64,000 bases of DNA, taken from NCBI GenBank assembly GCA_964016885.1, contig OZ024743.1, positions 350,920,001 to 350,984,000 on the forward strand. Reading direction: 5' to 3'. This document shows, one piece after another, positions 41,326 to 52,187 of the stretch; within the stretch, counting starts at the first letter, position 1; every line of letters begins with the position of its first letter. A model generated the notes under the pieces. The model was not told the origin of the DNA and searched no databases. It saw nothing but the letters and a program-made list of their open reading frames with translations. The stretch comes from Eledone cirrhosa. Its lineage: Eukaryota. The position numbers and the translations under genes were made by a program.

Positions 41326-41800
41326 ACAGGCGCAAGAATAAATACACACACAAATATCTGAAAACACAGACACCACACTCACAACAAACACAGACAACCG
41401 AAACAACACCACCAAAACCTTCACCACCGCAGCCACGCAAACAAATAAAATCACACCAACAAAACATACAAAACTTCGTACTTGTCGTCAGGAGGGCCAA
41501 TAAGGCACTGATGGCCCTCGTAGCACGAAGTGAAGAAATACAAAAAGACGGGGAAATTTTTAAATCGAGCACATTTCGCGTGCCGGAAGATTGATTTCTG
41601 GTGCGAATGTCGCTCGATTTATACAAAGAGATACGAGACAGCTTTCCTCGAGGCGTGTGAACCCTGAACGTAAAACCTACTTCAAGACTTTTAAAGGGGT
41701 TCCCAAAAGAAACCCCACCAATTATGGAGGTCGAACCACCCGACCTTCACAAGAGCCCGGAAGGTAGGTAAACCTTTCCTCTCTCTTTTAGCCTGCTAAC

Positions 41801-44716
41801 ATGGCCGTATTAAGAGTAGGAAGTTTAAATGTCCGAGGCCTGGGATCGTACTGGAAACAGGGTCACCTGCTCAACGACCTCAGGTCTCTGGAAATGGAAG
41901 TAATCGCCATCAGCGAGACCAGGATTTCCGACACGCGCGCACTAGCCCCCATTTTTGACGACTATCAGATCTTCGCATCTATTAGTCGGCCGGGAATGCG
42001 AGGTGGCGTGGCAGTGCTGTTTAGGAAAGGCCTGGATCTCGAGGTAAGGTCGATCTTCCGGGACCCGGATGGGAAGTTGGTGGTCCTGGACGTGAACAAT
42101 AACGAAGGTGGTGCCTTTAGACTAGTGGCTGTCTACGCCCCTACTGGGGCAGGTCGGCCGGACTTCTTTGGACGCCTGGAAGCCTTTCTGCGTACGTCTC
42201 GCCCTTTACTTTTAGCGGGTGACTGGAACGGCATCTTAGACGCACGCTGGGACTGTGTGGGAGTATCCGAAAGGAGCGGGGGGGGGGGGGGGTGCAAAAG
42301 TCTCAAGTACTTGATCAGCCAGTTCCAACTGTCTGACAGATTTCCCTAATGCGCCAGTGTGGACCTGGACCAACCGCATAGGGTCATCTAGATCGTATAT
42401 AGACAGGATATTCATTATGGAAATAGACAGAAATGGTGTAAGCTGTCCACGTTTTAAAACGGTCGCCTATTTAGATCACAAGCTTGTGATCTGTATGGTC
42501 GACCTAGATAAAACGTGTAGGTTGGGACCGGGTTACTGGAAGCTGAACATGTTGTTTCCGGCACGTAAGGCTTACAGGGACCGGGTCAACAATTTAGTTA
42601 AGAAAAAGTTACCAGGGGGTATCGTCAACAATAGATGGTGGGTGCTCTCAGAAGAGAGATTAGAGTAATGTCAATAGAGTTTAGCAAAGTAGCGCTAGAG
42701 AAAAATCGAAAGTAGGAGGAGTTGGTAGATAAGTTAGACGAGGCTATTTGTAGTAGCATTGCAACTGACGTGCTAGCGGCGAGAATATCATTTGTTCAAT
42801 GCGAAACATGAAGGTTGCATTGTAAGCGCTAAGGCGCGTGCTCTGTAAAACGAGGGAACCAAAGCTGTTCGATGAGCCCGCGTGACGGAGGCGAAGCGTT
42901 GTAACAAAACCACGATTCGGTCTTTGACGGACCGAGACGGGCACGAGCTGAGCGATTCCGAGGGGATGTGTGAGGCCTTTCGCCAACATTTTGTTCGGTT
43001 GTTCGGAGGAAGTGGCCGGTCAGAGACGGTGGAGGACTTCAGTCTCTACCTCGATGGCTTGGCGCAACTCTCGACGGCCGACACTGAGCGTTGCGAAAGA
43101 CCGATTACTTCAGCCGAGATTCAGGATGCCCTTGTCGGCTGCATGAGGCGCAAGTCACCCGGTTTGGATGGTCTGCCCTACGAGCGTTACGCAAATATGC
43201 CTGACTTGTTCTCCAATCTCCTCGAAGCGCTCTTCTGCAACTGGCAGCAGAATGGAAGTATTCCCAGTTCTGTGAGCAGGGAGTGGTGACGCTGATGAGG
43301 AAAGATGAGAACAAGAGGGATACATTAGACAACTTCAGGCCCATAACTCTGCTCAACACAAAGTTTAAGATTTTGGCCAAGGTGTTAGCGAAGAGACTGG
43401 CGCTTGTCTTCGAGGATTTGGTTGGGGAGGCGTAAACTTGCGCAATCCCAATCTGGTCCATACACGACAACCTCCATCTCATGCGATACATCATAGAGAG
43501 AGGAGGGTGTAAACCTGGCTTCGGTGGAGCTCAGATAAATTTAGATCAATCGAAAGCATTCGATAGGGTCGACCATTGGTACCTGGAGGCTGTGCTCAAA
43601 GCAGCTGGCTTCGGCCCCGTCTTCAGAAGCTGGATTGCTGCAATGCACAGCGGCATCTGCTCGGTGGTTAAAGTTAATGGCCACCTCTCGGAACCGTTTC
43701 AGATCTCCCGATCGGTCCGTCAAGGGTGCCCTTTCTCCTCCTTGCTGTACGTATTGACTCTCGAGCCTTTACTGCGTAAGCTGGAACTGTTGAAGTCATC
43801 CCGCTCGAACCGCGACGCGGAAAGGCTGTGGCGGCTTATGCGGACGACATCACCGTAATGGTGTCGGACACCTCAGAAATTGAGGTGGTCGGCAACTTAT
43901 TGGAGGAATATGAAAGGTTGACGGGAGCAAAACTTAACCCGGAAAAGTCGGTGGGCTTGCAACTCGGCACTTGGAGAGGCAAGTCCATGCCGTCCAACAG
44001 CGTCGTTGGGCGCTGTACGGACGGGCCGGTAAAGTTGCTCGGGGTTTGGTTCGAGCCAGACCTCCAAGTGGATAAGAATTGGGACGAGATGGCGGGTAGG
44101 GTAGCCAGTCTCACCCAGAAATGCGCTGCGAGGAAGCTATCACTGAAAGGTCGGGCGGAGGTGGCGAACGCGTACATCGCGTCCATCATCTACTACCGCC
44201 TGACCGTCGTCCCTTGCCCCCGTTCGCGCATCGCCAGGTCGAAACGGCTCCTCTTCAAATTTTTGTGGAGGGGTCAGGTTCCGTTGGTGAGGCGGTCCAT
44301 CTGTTGCCAGCACCCTCTACGTGGAGGGCTGTGCATGCCGTGGCTAATGATACGCAGACACGCGCTGACGCTGCGGCATCTCCAGATATTCTGCCTAAAC
44401 GGTGAACAGGTGTGGGCCTTTCCGCAGCTCGTCTTTTTGACTGAGCTGCAGTCCTGGGTCAAGAAGAGACCGAAACCGGGTGACTGGCAACTGAAATGTT
44501 GCCAGGCACTCACTGCCCTATATCAGGCGGGCAATTCGGTCAGTGGAACTTCCACTCTCGAGTTCTATAGAGGATTAGTGGGGGGCAAGTGCGACGACGC
44601 ACTCGGAGAGGCTCTGGGAGTCAACGAAGTCGAACTAACCAGTCTGTTCGGGAGGACTTTCGAGCCGGGGACGATGGATAATTTCCAAAAATCCCTCGCT
44701 TGGCAGTGCTACCGGG
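41801..44716 (+). pseudogene. Tx1/L1-type ORF2 (APE endonuclease plus RT), frameshifted and 3'-truncated
   Basis: VGSLNVRGL, ISETR, VYAP, AGDWNG, YIDRIF, DH (APE); KSPGLDGL, FRPITLLN, LDQSKAFDRVDH, SVRQGCPFS, AYADDI (RT). Confidence 0.93.
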
Positions 44717-44956
44717 GTAATTGCTGGCCTTGTGCCAAAAGTAGAAACAATTATTGATATCATCATCATTATCATCAACATCCTTATCATCAGCATCATT
44801 ATCATCATCATCATCAAGAAGAAGAAGACAAATATTGTCCTGTTTCCTTAAAACAAAGAAGGAAATAGCAACACACACACACAGATGTGTGTGTATGTGC
44901 GTGTGTATCTCCTCAATGTAGTGTGTCGTTTGCTTTATTGTTTACTTTTTTTGTAT

Positions 44957-45008
<52 letters not shown>

Positions 45009-45018
45009 CATACATACA

Positions 45019-45049
<31 letters not shown>

Positions 45050-45071
45050 GTATATATATATATATGTATAC

Positions 45072-45105
<34 letters not shown>

Positions 45106-45144
45106 GTGTGTGTATATATATATATATATATAATTATATACATT

Positions 45145-45194
<50 letters not shown>

Positions 45195-45421
45195 AAAACA
45201 ACAACGGGTGCAACAAAAGCATCCGCTTCTAATTATATAATGATGTGTGTAACGATAATTTCAGTATATTTGACTGAAGTGAACCGACCCTAAATATAGT
45301 TTTCTTTCCACGTTGGATTAAAGAACGAAACAAAAATCTCTTTAGACCAATTTACGACCAATAGTAGTAGTTGTAGCAGTAATAGTCGTATTAATAACGA
45401 CGATGATGATGATGATCATGA

Positions 45422-45474
<53 letters not shown>

Positions 45475-45475
45475 C

Positions 45476-45510
<35 letters not shown>

Positions 45511-45831
45511 TTCATGATGTTGATGATAATAATAACAACAGCAGAAGGGGGTATAAGCTCAGTAACGTTTCATCTTGTTTTAGCTATATTATATATTTTA
45601 TTTATACATTTTATTTTTTTTTATTACTTTTGGCTTTCAACTTACATAAAACCAATTAGAGATGGAAGCCTGAAAAAAATGTTTGATGGGAGAGCGGTAT
45701 GAAGAGATAGCAGAGAAAATAATCAATATATAAACTTCTGGTTCTAGCAAGCGGCAACTCAGAGTGTTAACCTTTATATATATATATATTTATATACTGT
45801 ATATATTGCATATATATATTTATATATATAT

Positions 45832-45960
<129 letters not shown>

Positions 45961-45985
45961 TATATAATATATAATATATATATAT

Positions 45986-46051
<66 letters not shown>

Positions 46052-47005
46052 ATATAATATATATAACACATATATGTGTGTATATATATATATATATGTA
46101 TACATATATATATAACACATATATGTGTATATATATATATATATGCATATATATATATATATACATATATATAACACATATATGTGTGTGTTTGTATATA
46201 CGTACATACATACATACATACATACATACATACATACATACATACATACATACATACATACATACATACATACATACATACATACATACATACGGGCAGC
46301 AATAAGATATATATTTGTTTTTAAGTGCGTTTATTTCTTCCTTTCCTCTGTTTTTAATTACAATGAAATTGCTTTCGCTTTTTGTATGTTCTACATGTTT
46401 TTGATTGTGTAAAAGATCGCAGTAGAATGTTTATGCTAACATGACTGTCTGTGTTAACCACCGAAGTCTGGTCGCCTACTACTCATCAATAGTCTTTTAG
46501 TTGTTACTGATATTGCTTTCCTTATTGAAGTTTATTGCATTCTAAAATATCTCTGAGGATTACGACTGAAAAACCAACGAACCCCACCAGAGGAATTATG
46601 CGTGAATTAACAGAATTTGCATTTCCTCTATCTCAATTCCTGCTTTCTTGTTTCTATTTTCTACATGGCAGTCTTAATTAGTCTACCTACGGTCGTCTTC
46701 AGGTGTGTAATACATACATACATACATCTATTAACCTTAATTGAATTTATATCTGACTAGGAATGCTTTTTGTGAAAATCAGTCATATGGAACTATTGTC
46801 ATCTTGCCTGACGGTTTGAACTTTACAACAACACCTGCCTCTTTGAGGTCAAATACCAACCCTACTAGCATCTACAAACTGACCAATGAGAATTAAGACT
46901 ATTCTTGCTGACAACATTAAATTATTCCTAACAAGCTCATATGTCCGAAGGCTCTGATACAATCAATACCATAAACACAGAGCTGGCATATCTAAGAACT
47001 GACTA

Positions 47006-47061
47006 ACTGCCTGATGAGGTCATAGCCATTCAATGGCTATCATCGAAATATATATAGCAGT
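47006..47061 (+). ncRNA. Intact minimal type I hammerhead ribozyme motif
   Basis: ACTGC-CTGATGA-GGTC ATAGCCAT TCA ATGGCTAT CATC-GAAA-TATATA-TA^GCAGT: perfect 5-bp stem I, 8-bp helix II core, palindromic stem III; about 45 bp upstream of (TA)n. Confidence 0.85.
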
Positions 47062-47102
47062 AAATAAAGGGTTATGAGTTCATGCAATTGACTTATGTTT
47101 CG

Positions 47103-47294
<192 letters not shown>

Positions 47295-47316
47295 TATATT
47301 ATATTATATTATATCA

Positions 47317-47532
47317 TGGATTGAGATTGACAGTGTCGGTAGAGGGTCAAACGCCATGCTTTGCAGCATAGAGTTACGCCCCTTTATGATCTGAGTTCTA
47401 ATCCCGCCGAGGTTAACTTTGCCTTTCATCCTTACGGGGTCGATAAAATAAAGTACCAATCACGCACTGGGGTCGATTTAATCGGCTTTCCCCTCCCCAA
47501 AATTACTGGCCTTGTGCCTATACTAGAAATCA
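47317..47532 (+). mobile_element. SINE family 1, longer variant
   Basis: B box GAGTTCTAATCCC, central domain and CCTTGTGCC..AGAAA tail. Confidence 0.85.
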
Positions 47533-47541
47533 TTATATATA

Positions 47542-48650
47542 TCTCTATATATATAAAACAGAGGATGTCTGTCTGTCTGTGTAAATCCCTAAAACTTGAA
47601 AAGTACACATACGTTACTTATATTTCTTGAAGTGCAATGGGCTAAAATAATTTTAACTTTTTCTGCCCTAGGCATTCTTTAGGCATTTTTAGGTTTTTTA
47701 AGGCGTAACTTAAAGATAATCCAGCTGATTTCCTCGACATTTGCAGCACACATTAGTTAGTCCCCTCGCATTGCTGTGGACAACATTTTCGATTCCATTA
47801 ATAGCTTCTAGGAAATTTACGAATTAGCATTGGGCATTACATGCCATTTTCATTTTCAATATAAACCCTACTTAAACATCGTAAGTAACGTATAATATTT
47901 CGTTTAAAATTTGGTTTATTTAACAGAGGACACAACACTTACTTACTTTTAAGCAGGACCATTTTCGGGGTATTGAGGAAATGAGGAGGACCTTAAGATT
48001 TTTGTCGGAATCCTGTTGACGCTTCGTGCTTTCATCATGCGCAAATCCGGGCCCTGTGTACGTTGCCGTGTTATTGATACCGTAAAACTAACGTCTGTGC
48101 TACTTCTATTAAGACCCTTTTTGTTGCACCTACACCACAGTATGAACCCCCTGTGCAAGTAGGCCGAACAGCAGTTGTGCTAATTCCGCGGTGACCCCTT
48201 TTGTCGTACCTTTGTTGCTGTGTAAACGCAGTGCAACCAGTGCCGCCCAGCGTTTGTGCTAATTGCACTATGACTCCTTCTGGTGCAGCTGCGTTGCCAC
48301 GCTGATTTCGCCATCTCAATATCCCTACTTAAACGTACATCCCTACTTGGTTTTCACACAATTGACTACGTCGCTCCTTCAGACTGACGTGTGTTCCCCA
48401 TCCGTGACGTAATTCGCGAACAGACTTACGACATACATCGTCCTTTCGCATACTCCTTTCGCATACAGGATTTCCGCAATCACTGACACTGCAACTACTG
48501 GATTAGACCTGCTGGTGTTCTACGTTTCTAGTAGATGAACGATTATTCCCTGAGAATAAGGGAATTCAAAAAGTACACAGCTACATTCCTTAATGTTTGC
48601 ATATGCGTGTTGCTATTTCACGTTTCCTACCCCATGCAACGCCATGCTAG
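47542..48650 (+). mobile_element. Non-autonomous Helitron-like element
   Basis: A|TCTCTATATATATAAAACAGAGGATGTCTGTCTGTC 5' end; decayed CCCCATGCAACGCC hairpin and CTAG|T 3' end; termini resemble those of 27475-28450. Confidence 0.7.
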
Positions 48651-48934
48651 TATATATATATATATATATAAATATATATACATATGTGTGTGTATGAAAT
48701 TTGAGAATATAATCACCACACTGCAGATAAGTATAACGATATTTGCTAACTATGCTAAATCGAGAAAAAGTGTCTCTGTCCACATTTTCCCATTGCCAGC
48801 GATACTTTACCCGATTTGTTTAACTATTATCTATAGTTATCAACTTTATTATTGTTACCTGTGTGATGGCGACTATATTTTAAAATCTTCCAATGCTTTG
48901 CAAGTCAGCCATAACTTGTTATTTAATATACTTA

Positions 48935-49618
48935 CTATGTTTTATTTTACTATATATATATGTATCAATAACATTGTGTAAATTATGCTCTGAAAATTTG
49001 GATTTTAGCCCATAATGTTTTTTAGCTATTTATGGTATAATTGCGTCGAGATAATTTATTTCAATCTATATTATGTGATATTTGCTGTTCCCTTAATTAG
49101 TTAATTTTGATTGAGTTGTAGTTTGATGCGTTTGGTAAGCTATTTTTAGTTTTCCTCTGAACTTCCAGCTTGTTCAACGCTGTTATTGAACTGGCTACAT
49201 TTTAAAGCGCGCTTATTTTTTTAATCTTTTTTTATTAAAACGTGCGTTTTTGGCTGGTGAAGTTAATTGTCTTCTTAGCTTTAATTCATTCGAATTCCCT
49301 TGCATAGGCTTATTTATCTGTAAGTTAAGCTTACTGGTGCGGACGAATTGTCTTAATTTGCCAATTAATCTTTTTAATTATGGTGATTAGTATTTTTTTA
49401 TTTGTCGTCGGAAACTGCGGTATAAGCAATATACTTCGATTTACTAATTATATTTTAATTAAAATTGCGTTTGGCTTTAAATGTAGTTTTGCTTATTATG
49501 CTTTATTTTACTATATATGAATATTATTATAACTCAATAACATTGTGTAAATGGTGATCTGAAACTTGGATTTTAGCTCTTAATGTTTATTGAGCTTTTT
49601 ATGGAATAACTGGATTGA

Positions 49619-49625
<7 letters not shown>
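48935..49625 (+). mobile_element. Old pLTR-like unit with about 570-bp period (direct repeats about 48935-49055 and 49495-49625), carrying a decayed HHR
   Basis: Repeated TTTATTTTACTATATAT..CAATAACATTGTGTAAAT..TGGATTTTAGC..GAGATAAT. Confidence 0.6.
49329..49427 (+). ncRNA. Decayed type I HHR motif
   Basis: GCTTA-CTGGTGC-GGACGA...TCGTCG-GAAA-CTGCGG-TA-TAAGC: perfect stem I, core with two substitutions. Confidence 0.55.
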
Positions 49626-49658
<33 letters not shown>

Positions 49659-49811
49659 ACCCCCCCCCCCCCCCGCTCTCTCTCTCTCTTTGTCTGGTTC
49701 GTTAATATATATATATATATATACTCATATATATGTCTGCGCGCGTATTTTCTGCAATGAAAAGTACGGCGAAATTTTCTCATTTCTCGCCATCTCTTAA
49801 ACACACATACG

Positions 49812-49888
<77 letters not shown>

Positions 49889-50041
49889 CAAGATGTATGG
49901 TAGGTCCTATGTGAATCGCGATGATCACGCCTGACCTACCAAATATGCGACGGTAGCTAGTTAAGCTCTATGCGTATAAGCAGAGCAGAAATATTAATGA
50001 AAAAGAACAAAGGAACTATTATGACATTATAACAAGTTTAT

Positions 50042-50088
50042 TGCCGACAGCCGTTTCGTCCGACCATATGGTGGGACTTTTCAAGGCA
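50042..50088 (-). ncRNA. Minimal type I HHR motif with U3-A8 core variant
   Basis: Minus strand TGCC-TTGAAAA-GTCC CACCATATGGT C GGAC-GAAA-CGGCTG-TC^GGCA. Confidence 0.75.
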
Positions 50089-50689
50089 TATAACATGTGA
50101 TTGTAAGTTCATTATTTACATCAACGTTTCATCCAAGATTAGCAGTTTGAAATTGTGGTATACATCAGCAGCTCCGCTTGTATATTTAGGGTCTATATTC
50201 TAAGGGGGCTCTTTTATATTAGTTGTCGGAGTTGTAAAACGGATGGGTTATGGGGAGTTAAGAGAATTTGAAAAGGGCCTATATATATATTATTGTTGTA
50301 TAAACAAGGTTGTACAATCCAAGGGTTTAGAGCATTCACTTTGTAGGGTGAGTTATGTATAATCAGTTACAGCAGTGACATTCAGTGTGCCATATTGTAA
50401 ACTGTTTAGACTATATCAGACTGAATAAATTAAGGTAACAACCGAACGAAACTTAAGTACCTGCATATGTGACCGTTGAAACAGATTACATATATATATA
50501 TATACACACACATTATATATATTGTTGTTGTTATTATTATTTTTTTGTTTTATTCTTTCATTATTGTTTCTGAGATATATGCCGAGTGTCTTCCTGACAC
50601 ATAGGGCAAATCATTTCACAGTTAATACAGCACATTGATTATAATTTAAAAAAAAAAAAAACAGTATACATTATTCTCGCCGTCTTCCT

Positions 50690-51268
50690 TCGAGGAGGAA
50701 GGGCAGACGGTTTTCATCTGCCTGGTGGCCATGGCGAAAGAGATTGTGTGGTGGACAAGGTTGAAAGGGTTAAAGACAGACACTTTCCTCTTCGGCGAAT
50801 CCCTAATTAACTTTTTCAAGTTTCACCTGAAGAGGAAAATCAGGGTGGAGAGGCAAGTGCTGCCTTCTAGCAAGTTTGTTGAAAGGTGGGTGAATGTAGC
50901 AAGAATGGTCCGAGTGAACGGGGCCGCTCTGAATATACGCCTGTAGTTTGAGAAATGGAAAAATTGAGAGAGGGCGCTTGCCTTGATGGTCAGGGTAGCC
51001 GTGGTCTTTTGTGTGGTTTTCGCCACGAGTAACCCTCGGAGGTTTCCTCCCTATTGGGGAATTTTTCATTGTTTCAATTTTCATTTTTATTGTTTATATA
51101 TATATATGTTTCTATGTCTTTTTTTCTTTTTTTATATAAATAATAAAAATCTTTACACGCACAAAACCCCGTACCGTCCTGTACCGTCCTGTGCCGTCTG
51201 TAATGTTTTTCTTGATGTCAGCCCTTGTGGCCAATAAAGAAATCATTATTATTATTATTATTATTATA
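50690..51268 (+). mobile_element. 3' end of a Tx1/L1-type LINE with AATAAA and (ATT)n tail
   Basis: MAKEIVWWTRLKGLK..RWVNVARM (ORF 50725..50946); 3' UTR CCCTTGTGGCCAATAAAGAAAT(CATT)(ATT)n matches about 35520-35545 in reverse. Confidence 0.82.
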
Positions 51269-51269
51269 G

Positions 51270-52130
51270 TTGCATTTATCTTGCTTTATGTTCATACGAG
51301 TTATCACCAAGTCACAACCAGTGACCTCAAGAGACAACAAGGTCCGCCCGCCTTGTTCAAGAAAGAACATACATACACACACATGCATCTTTAGGTGTTT
51401 AGACTTGTGATGTACTTATATTGACAGAATCTTCCTTAGTATATGGGCAGTTTCCATTAGTACTATCTTTTGTATTTCTCCTATACGCGGGTTTCCTGGG
51501 ATTTGCGATAAGTTATCATTAGACCCCTTAGGTATCATTCCTAGAGCGCCTACAACCACTGGTATTGTTTTAGTTCTCAATTTCCACATTTTCCAATTTC
51601 TATCTCCAGGTCCTTATACTTGCTCAATTTTTCAAATGTTTTTATAGATATATTCTTGTCTATTGGAACGGACATATCAATTAGCAGGCATACCCTCTTT
51701 TTAAAGTCCTTCAGTATTATATCAGGTCTATTTGCATCTATTTTCCGGTCTGTTTGGATGCTGAAGTTCCACAAGATTGAGATGTGATCTTTTTCAAGTA
51801 TGGGAGGTGGTTGATGCTCCCACCAATTCTTTTGATGGGGCAGGTCAAAATGCTTACACATTATCCAATGTATGTATTGTGCAGCTCTGTCGTGCCTGTT
51901 AAGGTATTCGGTTGGAGCTATAGGACTGCACATTGAAATTATATGATCAATGGTCTCTGGTTGTTTTTTTACATACACGGCATAATGGGTTGCATCCATT
52001 TTTTATTATGTTGGCTTCGTAATGTTTTGTTGGCAAACACTGATCGTGTGCTGATATAATCAGTCCTTCAGTCTCCGATTTCAGTCCAGAGGATGCCAAC
52101 CACTGATGGGTTAAAGTTTTGTCAACATCA
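51270..52130 (-). mobile_element. 3' fragment of a second R4/Dong-type family
   Basis: QWLASSGLKSETEGLII, C..C..PETIDHIISMC, RHD, WNFSIQTD..RPDII..LLIDMSVP..EKLSKYKDL, ETAHILRKIL. Confidence 0.85.
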
Positions 52131-52143
52131 TGATTGTTAGCTC

Positions 52144-52176
<33 letters not shown>

Positions 52177-52187
52177 GTTATTGTTAT

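Noticed and set aside
46545-46595. CTGAGGA followed by GAAC
   Set aside because: GAAA, UH and helix II are not satisfied.
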